Made by a program: the position numbers and the translations under genes | In this document: in pieces, positions 62,163 through 64,000 of the stretch | How the letters are laid out: each line of letters opens with the position of its first letter | How positions within the stretch are numbered: position 1 is the stretch's first letter | The notes under the pieces: generated by a model | Databases searched by the model: none | What the model was told of the DNA's origin: nothing | The model's input: the letters and a program-made list of their open reading frames with translations, nothing else | Source of the DNA: Podarcis pityusensis | Taxonomy: Eukaryota | Length of the DNA: 64,000 nt | NCBI GenBank assembly: GCA_964106645.2 | Contig: OZ067039.1 | Reading direction: 5' to 3' (one strand)

Positions 62163-64000
62163 CTTTCCCAAGTGCAAAGCGTAGTACTAGCAAAGCTGTC
62201 TTCTGCAGGGATCAGCTGTACCACTGAGCACCCCATGGCTTGTCAGGTTGCCCAGACTGACAAACTGAAGTTATTCAACATAACAAACTGCGGCTATCCA
62301 AGAGTAGAAGCTAAAGCTTGCAGACTTTTGGTCACACAGAAGGAAAGAGAAGGGAGTCAGCCTGGAAGAAGGCTAGCTTTGTTCACATCTTGCTAAACCA
62401 AAATTCAGTGTGATGTCTGAACGCAGTCTATATGATTGAGGCTCACCATCCCACCAATTGCTAACTACAGGCTAATCACCTGTTTGGAATTATAATTTCT
62501 TTTTTTAAAAAAAACTTCCTTATATAATGCTCCATTGCACCAGAAGACTCATGTGTATGTATGCCTGCATATGTATGGCTTCTGATCCAAAGTTTCACTG
62601 TAGTCTGAGGCTTAGAAGTTAAAATATTCTCTGCAGAAGAAATCTGGAGAACGCACCAAACCTCAATCAAACACTCTCTTTCTTAGGTATTACTACATTA
62701 AACACGCTTAGCTTTGTGACATTTCTGCAGATCAATAACCAGGCATTTTGACAACAGAAATGCAAACTGTTCTCAAACCAACTTGATACTATATCACAAG
62801 CTACCCCTCCTGCGCCCTGTTCGCCTTCGTTGTTGCAGCTGGCAAGTAAAGAGATCTCAGTCTTGCTAGTAACTGCACCAATTGAGCCCACAACTCAGCC
62901 AGCTGGCCGCCTTTGTATGGATCACAGTATTCACACTAAGGGGCATTTAAGGGTGATTCTACGTTTTGAGGGTACCAGCTCATGTCTCAGCACAACAAAA
63001 GAGGAAGGATGTTCGGCATTCTTATTTACTTTTCCTGATTCGTAGGCATGCTCCCACAATATCTGCAGGGAGCCTGTCTACTTCTGCTTTATGGTATGAT
63101 AGATGAAGTGTCTCAAAACACATGTCCATTTTGTGTTTTTAATAGGATGCATAATGACTTGGACTGGGAAATTATTCCCCTCAGAGGAGCTTGAGCACAT
63201 AACTCACATGCACCAGTGACTCTGCCAGTTATAAAACACCTTCCACTATTGATTGAGACAAAGCAGCATTTGGGAAATGTGTAATTAAACAAAGTCTAAT
63301 ACAGCTATAAAGCCACATCTCAGAAACAAAGTGTTCATAAGGGTTTGCGGGGGGAGAGAGATGATTTAAAAAAGCCGTGAGAACTCAAGGATAGCTGAGG
63401 AACACAAATATACACAGGACAAAATACATTTCAGGTCTGAATTACAAAAGAGGAGCAGTCAGCATAAAAATCTACTACTACTAGAATACTTCTGTAGAAT
63501 CCATTAACTTAAGACAGGGTTTATAAATTAAACATTGTTCTAGCAGGATATTCCTTTCAAGCTCTCCTCCAAATCCTGAATACAGAACAGAACAATTCAC
63601 AAAGCTATTTCTGAGGAGGGTTAAATTCCGCTTCACATACTACCAATGTACATGTGTTGAAAGTCTCCCCTGTCTGCGGTAGTAAGATCAGGGCTTCTAA
63701 CATGGTTTTCAGTGCTAGTCTTAAAACCACAGTTTTTCACATAAAAATCTACTCCTGGTGTTCCTCCCCTCCAAGTTTTGTTGGTTTCAGCTGCCTCAGA
63801 CTGTAATCTTAAACACACTGACCTAGGAATAAATCCCACTGAACTCAATGGAGCTTACTTCTGAGTCGATATGCATAGGACTGCACTTTAATTTACGAAG
63901 GAGGAAAAGGACTTACTGACATTGCTATTACTAAACTGTTTGGTGTCAACCACAAATCATTTGGTGAGATCACAGATCCTTTTCAAACTTGTGCCAACTC

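Noticed and set aside
21-63848. Most ORFs of 60-200 aa in the ORF track (e.g. 37614-38210, 55243-55791, 30570-31046, 34126-34596)
   Set aside because: They are intronic, UTR or intergenic, show no recognisable domain, often span repeats or microsatellites, and are expected by chance in six frames.

Overview
This is vertebrate genomic DNA, almost certainly a squamate and probably a lacertid lizard, judging by the Sauria/POM-type SINEs and other squamate repeats. It holds the 3' parts of two convergently transcribed genes in the same tail-to-tail arrangement as human 3p25. SLC6A6 (taurine transporter TauT) is on the + strand: 10 visible coding exons from 1195 to the stop at 22608, one more exon that is required but apparently hidden in the N-gap at 8817-8948, and a long 3'UTR to about 29330. 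GRIP2 (ABP) is on the - strand: 10 coding exons from 58712 to the stop at 35846, covering late PDZ5, PDZ6, the linker and PDZ7, with a 3'UTR to about 33530. I traced all visible exons by hand, and splice phases are consistent except across the missing SLC6A6 exon. Introns are full of Sauria SINEs, other tRNA-derived SINEs, CR1/L2 fragments and hAT and Tc1/mariner MITEs, several nested and with intact TSDs. No prokaryote-type or wholly new gene system is evident. The most interesting observations are a GC-AG intron and a Cys at the position of the mammalian PKC site Ser322 in TauT, a candidate alternative GRIP2 terminal exon that would remove PDZ7 and end in a class I PDZ ligand (-VSQI*), a conserved SLC6A6 3'UTR block with overlapping miR-130/miR-19 seeds, a CpG-rich promoter-like motif cluster in an SLC6A6 intron, and SINEs that combine different tRNA heads with one CR1-type tail.
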